Program-made: the position numbers and the translations under genes
In this document: positions 8,906 through 17,231 of the stretch, piece after piece
Position numbering within the stretch: position 1 is the stretch's first letter
Layout of the letters: each line of letters opens with the position of its first letter
Notes under the pieces: generated by a model
Database searches by the model: none
Seen by the model: the letters and a program-made list of their open reading frames with translations, nothing else
What the model was told of the DNA's origin: nothing
Source: Acaryochloris marina S15
Lineage (GTDB): Bacteria > Cyanobacteriota > Cyanobacteriia > Thermosynechococcales > Thermosynechococcaceae
Length of the DNA: 32,000 nucleotides
Direction: 5' to 3'
Assembly: GCF_018336915.1 (NCBI RefSeq)
Contig: NZ_CP064923.1
Coordinates: 2,700,001 to 2,732,000, forward strand

Positions 8906-9568
8906 GTGACAGTACAGATTAATCGATCAAACCGAAGACCAGTATTTTTTATCCCCAGCATCAGCTTACTGGCAAGCTTAGGGGTTTTTAGTTCCAGTCT
9001 AGAGGCTCAAGCCCACCATCCCTTTGGCGGACAAACACCTTCCAATATTCTTGAAGGCTTTTTATCGGGCCTAGGTCACCCAGTCGTTGGTATAGACCAC
9101 CTTGTATTTGTCATTGCCATTGGCTTAATGGCCGCTATTTTGCGTCAAGGACTTTGGGCTCCCCTTGCCTTTGTGACCACCGCATTATTGGGAGCGGGAA
9201 TTCATCTACAAAGTTGGGACCTACCCGCTCCTGAATTCTTTATTTCTGCATCGGTCCTCTTAATGGGTGGCCTGCTGGCTCTTAAACAAAGTCCCCACCC
9301 TTGGTTAGCCTCCGGATTGGCTGGTTTTGCGGGTCTATTTCATGGCTATGCATATGGTGAGGCGATTGTCGGTGCCGAAATGACGCCTTTGGTGTCCTAC
9401 TTAGTTGGTTTTTCAGTCATTCAACTGGTGATTGCAGCCCTAGCCTACCGCTGTGGACGTGCTCTCAATTCTGCTTCTTCAGAACAGTCTACCCTGCCAT
9501 TAAGATTTGCTGGCTTTGCGATCGCAGGGATGGGACTCGCTTTTTTAAGCACCGTCCTTCTGGGCTAG
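8906..9568 (+). CDS. hupE: HupE/UreJ-family metal (probably cobalt) permease
   Basis: 220-aa ORF with a GTG start at 8906, preceded by GAGG (8894-8897). The signal peptide ends ..SSLEAQA. It is followed by HHPFGG and GFLSGLGHPVVGIDHLVFVIAIG, the HupE/UreJ signature. The rest is multi-TM and hydrophobic. The gene sits immediately downstream of the cobalamin riboswitch. Confidence 0.85.
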   Translation: MTVQINRSNRRPVFFIPSISLLASLGVFSSSLEAQAHHPFGGQTPSNILEGFLSGLGHPVVGIDHLVFVIAIGLMAAILRQGLWAPLAFVTTALLGAGIHLQSWDLPAPEFFISASVLLMGGLLALKQSPHPWLASGLAGFAGLFHGYAYGEAIVGAEMTPLVSYLVGFSVIQLVIAALAYRCGRALNSASSEQSTLPLRFAGFAIAGMGLAFLSTVLLG

Positions 9569-9596
9569 GTTCAGTTATTTAGAGATCTTTAATACC

Positions 9597-10658
9597 ATGC
9601 ATAAAATTCCCGTAACGGTGGTCACCGGATTTCTAGGTGCCGGCAAAACGACGTTAATTCGCAATTTACTACAAAACAATCAAGGTCGACGGATTGCCGT
9701 CATGGTCAATGAATTCGGCGAAGTCGGTATTGATGGCGATCTATTGCGTTCCTGTCAAGTTTGTGACGAAGAAGGAGAGGTGGACAGCAATATCCTCGAA
9801 CTCACCAACGGCTGTCTGTGCTGCACGGTTCAGGAAGAGTTTTTACCAACCATGCAAACCCTTTTGCAACGGCGAGATCAAATTGACTGCATCGTGATCG
9901 AGACGTCAGGTTTGGCCTTGCCTAAACCCCTTATCCAAGCCTTTCGCTGGCCCGAAATCCGCACGGGGGCGACGGTAGACGGGGTGATTACTGTAGTGGA
10001 TTGTGATGCGATCGCATCCGGTACCCTAGTGGGCGATCTAGACGCTCTTGAGTCTCAGCGCCAAGCCGATGACAGCCTCGATCACGAAACCCCCATCGAA
10101 GAGCTTTTTGAAGATCAATTGGCCTGTGCAGACCTCGTTTTACTGACCAAGGGAGATTGTGTCGAACAAAAGGATCAAGAACGAGTCCAACACTGGTTGC
10201 GTCAAGAACTTCCCAGCGGTGTCAAAGTCTTACCTTGTCATGCAGGACAAGTCAGCCCCGACCTATTATTAGGCTTTAATGCGGCGGTTGAAGATCACCT
10301 AGAATCTCGTCCCAGTCACCACGATCACGAAGAGGAACATGATCATGATGATGACATCAATGCCATCCAAGTGATAGTCGACCAAGCATTTGACCCGAAA
10401 GAGCTATTGACCCAACTGCAAGCATTAGTTCAAACCCATGAGATCTTTCGGATAAAGGGATTTGTGGCCGTTCCCCAAAAACCGATGCGCCTCGTTATTC
10501 ATGGTGTGGGGCAACGCTTTGATTCTTTTTATGATCGTCTTTGGCAACCTCAAGAAGCTCGCCAAACAAAGTTGGTATTTATCGGTGAGAATCTTCAACA
10601 ATCCGAAATAGAGAATGCCCTTCTCCAACCCACGGCAAAACTTTCTCTTCAACCGTAG
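9597..10658 (+). CDS. cobW: CobW/COG0523-family metallochaperone GTPase
   Basis: 353 aa. P-loop GFLGAGKTTL and the COG0523 metal motif GCLCCTV (CxCC). Also IETSG, LTKGD and an acidic His-rich stretch SHHDHEEEHDHDDD. The tail is CobW_C-like (FRIKGFV..VIHGVGQRF). The start is 28 nt after hupE, so the gene is probably co-transcribed under the B12 riboswitch. Confidence 0.9.
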   Translation: MHKIPVTVVTGFLGAGKTTLIRNLLQNNQGRRIAVMVNEFGEVGIDGDLLRSCQVCDEEGEVDSNILELTNGCLCCTVQEEFLPTMQTLLQRRDQIDCIVIETSGLALPKPLIQAFRWPEIRTGATVDGVITVVDCDAIASGTLVGDLDALESQRQADDSLDHETPIEELFEDQLACADLVLLTKGDCVEQKDQERVQHWLRQELPSGVKVLPCHAGQVSPDLLLGFNAAVEDHLESRPSHHDHEEEHDHDDDINAIQVIVDQAFDPKELLTQLQALVQTHEIFRIKGFVAVPQKPMRLVIHGVGQRFDSFYDRLWQPQEARQTKLVFIGENLQQSEIENALLQPTAKLSLQP

Positions 10659-10663
10659 GACCA

Positions 10664-11719
10664 TTACTTCGTGAGACACACCGTATTACTTTCTGGGCTT
10701 GTCAAGGCCCCAGTTGTGGCTATCACAGAGTAGCAATGCTGTTCGCCACTATTGCCAGACAAAGCAACTGAGGTCGAGGAATTGCTCCCACTATAAACTT
10801 GTGACTCATTGGTGACGACCACTTGCTGGACCCCATAGGCTGTCAGCGCCGTTTGACCAGACCATGTCCAAGACAAATCAACCGTATCGGTACCTGATGG
10901 TCTCGTCCCCGTCAGGACTGGGACCGTCTGCATATTACCCAATCGAGAGGTAGCGGTACTACTCAAACGGTGGATTTCCACATCCGATATATTGCTGTGC
11001 ATCAACAAGTCCACTTGTGTTCCCTTCACACAGGCTTGAAACCCCATGGCTCCCACCAACACACCCGGTGCTAGGCAAGGGGGAGACTCATCATTCGCAG
11101 TTGCGATCGCATCTACCAAAGTATCGCTAGAAATAGGGTCACTACAGGGATTAATGCTGCCGTCCAATTCTGGGATCCGACCATATCGAAAAATTGAGTT
11201 TGGGGGTAGCCAATCTTGTCCACTAGCTCGCACATCGTAAACCACCCGATCATAGTTTGCGGGCTGGGGAGGCGAAGATCCAGCATTTGGCCCATCTGCT
11301 GGGCAAACTTGAGGGATTGACGAATTAATCGGGATTTCCAAATAGAGGACCAACGTGCCATAGGCCCCTAGATCGGCTAGGTCTAATCCTGCATCCGTGA
11401 CCACATTTGCCAAAGTCGAGGAATTTGAGGCCACTACATTGTTTGTGTGATTGATGCGATTTGCCATTCTGATCTCATTACTAATGAAATCAAAGGCTCT
11501 ACTTAAGTCATGGCGTCGAGCCGCAATAGATTCCGTTTTTTTGTTGGCTTGGGATGCAGTGACGACCCCAAACCCAATCACACTGGTCACTAACCCAGTA
11601 ATGATGGTGGCAGCAAGAAGTTCTACCAGGGTTACTCCCTGTTCATGTAATCGAGGATGATCCTGCAGGGGAGTCTGCTGCACCAACGGCCCTATTCGCC
11701 AGTGTTGGAAATGCTTCAT
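10664..11719 (-). CDS. Type IV minor pilin / pseudopilin (PilW-like) with a C-terminal Fn3-like domain
   Basis: Prepilin cleavage/methylation motif QG|VTLVELLAATIITGLV, then RHDLSRAFDFISNEIRMA typical of PilW-like proteins. I prefer the ATG at 11719 (MKHFQHW...) because it forms an ATGA start/stop overlap with the upstream gene's TGA (11716-11718). The track ORF extends to 11746. The last ~85 aa look like fibronectin type III (TVDLSWTW...YGV...CYSVIATTGALTSPESNTVC). Confidence 0.8.
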   Translation of the reverse strand: MKHFQHWRIGPLVQQTPLQDHPRLHEQGVTLVELLAATIITGLVTSVIGFGVVTASQANKKTESIAARRHDLSRAFDFISNEIRMANRINHTNNVVASNSSTLANVVTDAGLDLADLGAYGTLVLYLEIPINSSIPQVCPADGPNAGSSPPQPANYDRVVYDVRASGQDWLPPNSIFRYGRIPELDGSINPCSDPISSDTLVDAIATANDESPPCLAPGVLVGAMGFQACVKGTQVDLLMHSNISDVEIHRLSSTATSRLGNMQTVPVLTGTRPSGTDTVDLSWTWSGQTALTAYGVQQVVVTNESQVYSGSNSSTSVALSGNSGEQHCYSVIATTGALTSPESNTVCLTK

Positions 11720-12609
11720 TGCTGGTCCCATTTCTCTGCAATGCAACGTCCAGTCGTCGTAATTGCTAACGGCGTCATTTCACCGGTATAGGTCCCTACT
11801 CGGGTCAGTCCCAAGGTATTCGAAATGGCGATACAACGCTTCGTTCCTTGGGCATCATCAGGAAAAAAGAACACAATCTTGCCGCTAGGGTCAGTCGGGC
11901 TATTCCCGTTGCTAACAATCGAGAAGTCGGGGTTACCTAGAACACCAAACCGAATGGGAATATCATAGGAAACCCCTGACTTAGATGTCCCTGGTGAATC
12001 TTCATCACCGACAAAATCACCAGCAACTTGCATACACTTCCCAGAATTTAAGGGCTGACAAGGTGAAATAACTTGCACAACCATGCCCGCATTAGAGGCT
12101 CGCTCGGCTTGTTCCGCTAAATCTGACAAAGCAATCAAAGAAGAGGCTCGCTCGGCTTGTTCCGCTAAATCTGACAAAGCAATCAAAGAAGGGGAAACAC
12201 CATTACTCACCCCCTGCACTATCTGGCTATCAGCAATAACCCTGCCCTTTTGACTCGTCAGGGGACTCGAACCATCATTGGTTAAATTCGTAGCGATGGA
12301 AATTTCAGATGCTAAGTTGCGATCCCCCGTCTTTAAACAAGACCCCGTGACCTTCCCATCTACAAAATTTAGAGTCACTGTACAAACTTTGTTCCCACGG
12401 ATCGCTTCCCGTTGGGTTTCGTTAAGAGCAGTCCGAACTTCAGCAACGGTTTGCTTCAGTCTGGCTCGATTCAGCATTCCCCAAACCCCTGGCGCAGAAA
12501 TGCTAGCAACGATACCCAAGATGGCCACAATCACCATCTTTTCTATCAAGGTAAATCCAGATACCGGAGATAACCTCCAGGGGGGCAGTCTCAAGTTGTT
12601 GGGGAGCAT
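11716..12609 (-). CDS. Type IV minor pilin / pseudopilin (GspH/FimT-like)
   Basis: MLPNNLRLPPWRLSPVSG|FTLIEKMVIVAILGIVASI is a classic prepilin leader with G-FTLIE. It is followed by LKQTVAEVRTALNETQREAIRGNKVCTVTL, which is FimT/GspH-like. GAGG lies 9 nt upstream of the ATG at 12609. The gene contains an in-frame 16-aa tandem duplication. Confidence 0.85.
   Translation of the reverse strand: MLPNNLRLPPWRLSPVSGFTLIEKMVIVAILGIVASISAPGVWGMLNRARLKQTVAEVRTALNETQREAIRGNKVCTVTLNFVDGKVTGSCLKTGDRNLASEISIATNLTNDGSSPLTSQKGRVIADSQIVQGVSNGVSPSLIALSDLAEQAERASSLIALSDLAEQAERASNAGMVVQVISPCQPLNSGKCMQVAGDFVGDEDSPGTSKSGVSYDIPIRFGVLGNPDFSIVSNGNSPTDPSGKIVFFFPDDAQGTKRCIAISNTLGLTRVGTYTGEMTPLAITTTGRCIAEKWDQQ
12095..12190. 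repeat. Perfect 48-bp direct tandem duplication (2 copies) inside the FimT/GspH-like pilin gene
   Basis: GAGGCTCGCTCGGCTTGTTCCGCTAAATCTGACAAAGCAATCAAAGAA occupies 12095-12142 and repeats identically at 12143-12190. It is in frame and encodes SLIALSDLAEQAERAS twice. Confidence 0.97.
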
Positions 12610-12647
12610 CTACGAACCTCAGGGATGAAAGCGGATATCAGAACGAT

Positions 12648-13172
12648 TTAGGGACACTTGAACACAGCATGGGGTATCACTTCAGTATTGACTATCGCAA
12701 TCGGTTTGCTTTCCCCCTGGGCCGTTACCTGGTAAGTCACATTCAACAATCGAAATGGGTCCGATGAACTAGCATAATTGGCCGTGCGCGTCAGCGTATA
12801 GTATTTTCCACCTAAAGCTCTCGGGCCAATAGTGGCAGAGGTCCCCCCTAAGCCCGCTACAGTATCGTTTAGAAACCCTGCAGCTAAACCATTGCTACTC
12901 AAGGTTGCTAAGCATCGAGAAGAATAAGGCTGTGTTAATACCTCATACTGGGTCGCTTGATTAACCACCATTTCTAGGTCTTCTTGTATCCAACTCACTG
13001 CTTCGTCATATTGAGTAGCCACAACGCGAAATGCAGCAGAGGTAACAATGGCTTGCATCGTCATAGAGACAAAAACAGCAGCAACAATCATTGCCACCAA
13101 TACTTCTATCAACGTAAAACCAGTATGTCGACGGTCAACATCGACGGCTTTGCAAGATGAGCGAGTTGGCAT
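12648..13172 (-). CDS. Type IV pilin-like protein (PilV-like minor pilin)
   Basis: RRHTG|FTLIEVLVAMIVAAVFVSM is a prepilin methylation motif. Cysteines at SSRCLATL and the C-terminal FKCP could form the pilin D-region disulfide. I prefer the ATG at 13172 (MPTRSSCKAVDVDRRHTG leader, 18 aa). The track ORF runs to 13265 but would add an implausible 31-aa Trp/Met-rich extension. The start remains uncertain. Confidence 0.75.
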   Translation of the reverse strand: MPTRSSCKAVDVDRRHTGFTLIEVLVAMIVAAVFVSMTMQAIVTSAAFRVVATQYDEAVSWIQEDLEMVVNQATQYEVLTQPYSSRCLATLSSNGLAAGFLNDTVAGLGGTSATIGPRALGGKYYTLTRTANYASSSDPFRLLNVTYQVTAQGESKPIAIVNTEVIPHAVFKCP

Positions 13173-13623
13173 CACTCCCCATTGCAGCACCCACCACCGA
13201 TACATAAAATTCATTGCCCTACATTGACGCATCATCATATCCCCATCAGCGATCCATTCTTGCACTCACAAAACGATGTGACATCAATCGATTGATTCTC
13301 AACATCCGCTCAATATCACACGTTATCTAGCAACTTGAACGCAACACTCCTAGCACTGTCATGGGCATCCTCTTAAGGGCTGAGAAAGTGAGATATAACC
13401 ATGGCTAAGGTACCTATATGCCCACCCACCGCTTTCTTTTGAAAGAGGTGTATCTTTATTCCTCAATCTCATTATTCGTTGGACCAGCTATTTTTTCGAC
13501 CGGAGGAATACTGATATTCGATATCCAAGACCATTACATTCTTCCTGGGACCCTCTTACATACTCATTCACTCCGTAGTTTTAACTAGACTGATTAGGAG
13601 GCTACTGGGCGACTCAAAGATAA

Positions 13624-14949
13624 TTAACCTGAACTGGAGCGAAAAACTTCTGTTGCCAGGCAAACCCGATTTCGTCCCAGTTTCTTCGCTTGAAACAAGG
13701 CTTGATCGGCTTTTCGTAACAGTGACTCTTCAGACTTCACATCACTCGGAAAAGTCGCTAACCCCAAACTTGCAGTCAGATGAATTCGATCTTCCGAAGA
13801 AATACGAATGGGTTGAATTGCAATTTCTCGACGAATGCGATGGGCAACAGCCACACTATCTTCTGCAGACGATTTGGGCAATATGATGGCAAACTCTTCT
13901 CCCCCATAGCGACTAACAATATCTCCCGGACGTACCTCTTTTCTAAGGAGTTGAGCAACACAACACAATGCTGCGTCCCCGGCCTGATGACCATAGGTAT
14001 CATTTAATTGTTTGAAATGATCGAGGTCCACCATAATTAAGGAAACGGGATGTTCGTCGCGCCTAGACCGTTCAAATTCTACCGATAACCAGCGGTTGAA
14101 TTCCCGGCGGTTATACACTTCTGTCAGACCATCTAAGGTTGCTAACCGCTCCAAATCCGTTTGACTTTGCTCCAAACTCCCTGCCATTGCATTAAAAGTA
14201 TTGGCAAGGCGAGAAAACTCATCTTGGGTTTTGAGTTTAATTCGATATTTAAAGTTGCCGTCGGCTAAATGCTTAACGCCCTCTTGTAACTGATAAAGAG
14301 GAACTAAGATCGATCGAGATAAAGCATATGCACAAATAACCGCTATGGTCAGGGCTAACAGGAAAATGATTGCGACTAATAGCCTGACTCGCTCTCGGAC
14401 TAATTGCGCTTGTCGAAGATTTTCAGTATTTTGAAACGCGATCAGTCGATAATTGAGCTCTTGAACATTTTGGAGTATCTTTTGCAGTTTTATCTGAAAT
14501 TTGGATATTTTTGTAGATTTATTAGCTTTAGAGGCCTGAATACTAGATCCTACGATTTCTAAGCCTAATTCTTCTAATTGATTCCACTCTTCCTGAATCC
14601 GATATATCGATTCATTTCGTTCAGGCAATTGTGAAGGCCGGGTCAAAATAATTTTGAAATTATAGTTAATATCAGCAGCAGTCTTTTCGAATTCAGTAAC
14701 GGAAACTGTTTTAGAGACAAAACTTTCTACATTAATGACCCCAGAAATGTCTAGCAATAATCCCTCTATTCTAGCTAAGGGGAATAATTCTTCTAGCCCA
14801 ACATTTTCTTGCTTTTCAAAACTATCTATTGCCCCCTCGAAAGATACCAAGGCCCCTCCTGCAAGTAATAAAAAGGGGACTAACATAGTTCCTAAGCCGA
14901 TGCTTAAACGCTGGCGGAGGGAGGTCTGGCGAGGAGACCTAATGCGCAT
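13624..14949 (-). CDS. Membrane-bound diguanylate cyclase (periplasmic sensor, HAMP, GGDEF)
   Basis: ATG at 14949 (MRIRSPRQ...); the track start at 14967 is a TTG. N-terminal TM, a ~160-aa external region, then TM2 LLVAIIFLLALTIAVICAYAL. The HAMP domain reads PLYQLQEGVKHLADGNF..FNAMAGSLE. The GGDEF domain has DLDHFKQLNDTYGH and the active site GGEEF. An RPGD (RxxD) I-site lies five residues upstream of GGEEF. Confidence 0.9.
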   Translation of the reverse strand: MRIRSPRQTSLRQRLSIGLGTMLVPFLLLAGGALVSFEGAIDSFEKQENVGLEELFPLARIEGLLLDISGVINVESFVSKTVSVTEFEKTAADINYNFKIILTRPSQLPERNESIYRIQEEWNQLEELGLEIVGSSIQASKANKSTKISKFQIKLQKILQNVQELNYRLIAFQNTENLRQAQLVRERVRLLVAIIFLLALTIAVICAYALSRSILVPLYQLQEGVKHLADGNFKYRIKLKTQDEFSRLANTFNAMAGSLEQSQTDLERLATLDGLTEVYNRREFNRWLSVEFERSRRDEHPVSLIMVDLDHFKQLNDTYGHQAGDAALCCVAQLLRKEVRPGDIVSRYGGEEFAIILPKSSAEDSVAVAHRIRREIAIQPIRISSEDRIHLTASLGLATFPSDVKSEESLLRKADQALFQAKKLGRNRVCLATEVFRSSSG

Positions 14950-15170
14950 AAGGAGCAAACAATACAAAAGGGGTTATTTTATTATTCCCGAATCATAAGG
15001 ACTTGGTAAAATTATGAAGCGGATATTGGCAATCGACTTCAGAGTTTTTAATTATTTTAGAAACCTCATACTTATATTTGTCATTCTTAACTACCTTTCC
15101 TCTATTTTTTGTAGGATAGATTGGTAATTATGGCCTCCACAAAACAATATAATACTTTTGAGGCAATCTA

Positions 15171-16064
15171 TTGAGTAACAAGCATATTCGACAGGTTGTC
15201 ATTGTCGGGGGAACCCATGGTAATGAGCGTATAGGATTGTATTTAGTCAAGAAATTTAACCAAGATCCATCTTTACTCGTTCGCCCTAACCTTTCCACCA
15301 CTTGTCTGATTGGTAATCCCCAAGCCTGTAATGAAAATCGACGATACATTGAAACTGATTTGAATCGGTGTTTTATCAAAGCAGATTTAGAAAACAATCT
15401 GTTGGGTAGGCACGAAGAGAAACAGGCTAAAGTACTCCACCAGCAATTGGGTCCTAAAGGGAATTCTGAAAATTTTCTATTAGATCTACATTCCACCACA
15501 GCCAATATGGGGATGACCCTTATCCTGGTCAATGGCCATCCCTTTAATCTGCATCTAGCGGCATATCTGACCCATCACAATCCTCACGTACGGATCTACC
15601 GGTGGACCCAAGGGGATCAAGAAAATGCTTTTGTCAGCTCACTTTGTCAACTGGGCTTTGCCATAGAAGTGGGCCCTATTCCGCAAGGCATCCTGTTAGC
15701 CTCCTTATTCAAGGAGACCGAAACGTTGATTCACCAAACCCTTGACTATCTAGAGCAGATAAATCGGGACTCCTCACCCCTTTTACCCAAAACTCTCACT
15801 CTATTTCAGCATCTTGAAGTCGTCGATTTCCCGAAAACACCTGGTGGAGAGTTGACAGCCATGGTTCATCCTCAACTTCAGGGTAGGGACTATCAGCCAC
15901 TGAATCCAGGCGATCCGATGTTCTTAACGCTTGATGACCAAACCCTTTTCTATAAAGGTTGCTCAACCGTATGGCCAATTTTTATCAATGAAGCGGCCTA
16001 TTACGAAAAAGGGGTTGCCATGTGTTTAACTCAAAAACAAGACATTCCACTTCAGCGTGATTAA
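15171..16064 (+). CDS. Succinylglutamate desuccinylase/aspartoacylase-family zinc hydrolase
   Basis: 297 aa. VVIVGGTHGNERIG supplies His/Glu zinc ligands and LLDLHSTTANMG supplies the third His, matching the AstE/AspA family. The only N-terminal in-frame start is TTG at 15171, so the exact start is uncertain. Confidence 0.8.
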   Translation: MSNKHIRQVVIVGGTHGNERIGLYLVKKFNQDPSLLVRPNLSTTCLIGNPQACNENRRYIETDLNRCFIKADLENNLLGRHEEKQAKVLHQQLGPKGNSENFLLDLHSTTANMGMTLILVNGHPFNLHLAAYLTHHNPHVRIYRWTQGDQENAFVSSLCQLGFAIEVGPIPQGILLASLFKETETLIHQTLDYLEQINRDSSPLLPKTLTLFQHLEVVDFPKTPGGELTAMVHPQLQGRDYQPLNPGDPMFLTLDDQTLFYKGCSTVWPIFINEAAYYEKGVAMCLTQKQDIPLQRD

Positions 16065-16116
16065 GGTAAATCGTCAAAATACCAGGGCTTGGCAAGAGTC
16101 GAGACTTGATCGATAT

Positions 16117-16974
16117 TCAGGTTTTTTCTGACAAGGCAGAGTGGGCGACATGTTGCTCTAACCAATGCTCCACATCCGCTAGAACTGTCTGATAGCCAAG
16201 ATCTAGATGAAGATCATGGTAAGCATTTGGATATTCAATATAGGTCTTATCTGGATAGGTAACGCCTTGAAAGTAATGACGGCTAGAATCCGGCGGAATC
16301 GTCCGATCAGCAGCACCATGCAGCATCAGCACTGGAACTCTTAATTCTTCAACATGGGCATTTAACCAATCCAAGGTAGAGAAAAACTCTGTCGACATCC
16401 GGGCTCTACCCCGGGTATGGCGGAGTGGATCTTGAGCATGGGTCTGAACAATGTCAGGGTTACGAGATCCCGCTGCTACATCAATCCCCGTACTAAGGGC
16501 AAAACTGGGCCAAATAGAAGACAAAATCCGGCCAATGAAAAATTTAATGGGAGAAAGTCCAACTTTACCAATAGGCAACGCACTTAAAATAACCCCTTGA
16601 ATGCCATAGGGCAGGCGAACAACATAATCTAGAGCAATCGTTGCCCCCAAACTGTGGCCATATATAAAGGTCGGACAGTGAGGTGAATCTGTTGTCACAA
16701 AGTGGATAAATCCCCTTAAATCTTCTCTGAGTTCTGACCAGTGGTTAATATAACCCCGCATCCCTTTCGATTGCCCATGTCCTCGTAGATCGTAGCTATA
16801 AACTGCATATCCACACTCAACCAGATGGGCGACAAGTGTACTAAATGTATTCGAATGGCTTCCTAACCCATGAACAATGACAAGGTTAGCTCGGATTTGA
16901 TCTAGAGGCTGCCAGGTTTGGTAAAACAGGCTGAGACCTCCAACCCCTTTAAACCTGCCGGTGCGATGGTTCAT
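16117..16974 (-). CDS. Alpha/beta hydrolase (lysophospholipase / monoacylglycerol-lipase-like)
   Basis: 285 aa with ATG at 16974. VIVHGLGSHS, the nucleophile elbow GHSLGA, LMLHGAADRTIP and AYHDLH give a Ser-Asp-His triad arrangement. Confidence 0.85.
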   Translation of the reverse strand: MNHRTGRFKGVGGLSLFYQTWQPLDQIRANLVIVHGLGSHSNTFSTLVAHLVECGYAVYSYDLRGHGQSKGMRGYINHWSELREDLRGFIHFVTTDSPHCPTFIYGHSLGATIALDYVVRLPYGIQGVILSALPIGKVGLSPIKFFIGRILSSIWPSFALSTGIDVAAGSRNPDIVQTHAQDPLRHTRGRARMSTEFFSTLDWLNAHVEELRVPVLMLHGAADRTIPPDSSRHYFQGVTYPDKTYIEYPNAYHDLHLDLGYQTVLADVEHWLEQHVAHSALSEKT

Positions 16975-17231
16975 GATTGCCCCTTGATCTCATATCTATT
17001 CTTTACGTTACCCAAATTTTTTCTAGGTTATCCTTTGCGTCATAGAAGCCTCCTGTTCCCTAACCTTTCTGGACTCTCCTTTTAAGAGAGTAATCATACA
17101 ATCACCGACTTCAGCAACACTTTATTCTCTATTGTGATGTGATTCGGAGGAACAGATCATCTTGTTATTATGATGTGGCCTTTCTACAATCGCCGTTAAC
17201 ACCTTAGAATGTTATCGGTCTTTTTCTAGTT

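Noticed and set aside
12095-12190. Whether the 48-bp duplication or the heptamer array (21017-21055) could be CRISPR-like arrays.
   Set aside because: Both are directly abutting tandem copies with no spacers. One lies inside a coding frame. There are no cas genes in the window.
13427-13450. A hairpin CACCGCTTTC-TTTT-GAAAGAGGTG followed by a T-rich tract on the plus strand, in the spacer between the cyclase and the pilin operon.
   Set aside because: The stem has an internal mismatch. The T tract is on the plus strand, where there is no upstream gene to terminate. On the minus strand it lacks a U tail and lies 174 nt after the cyclase stop. The evidence is insufficient for a terminator call.
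15128-15532. A 134-aa minus-strand ORF overlapping the 5' end of the aspartoacylase-family gene.
   Set aside because: The plus-strand frame carries the family's zinc-ligand motifs (HGNE, DLH). The minus-strand translation has no recognisable features and would leave the divergent promoter region without space.
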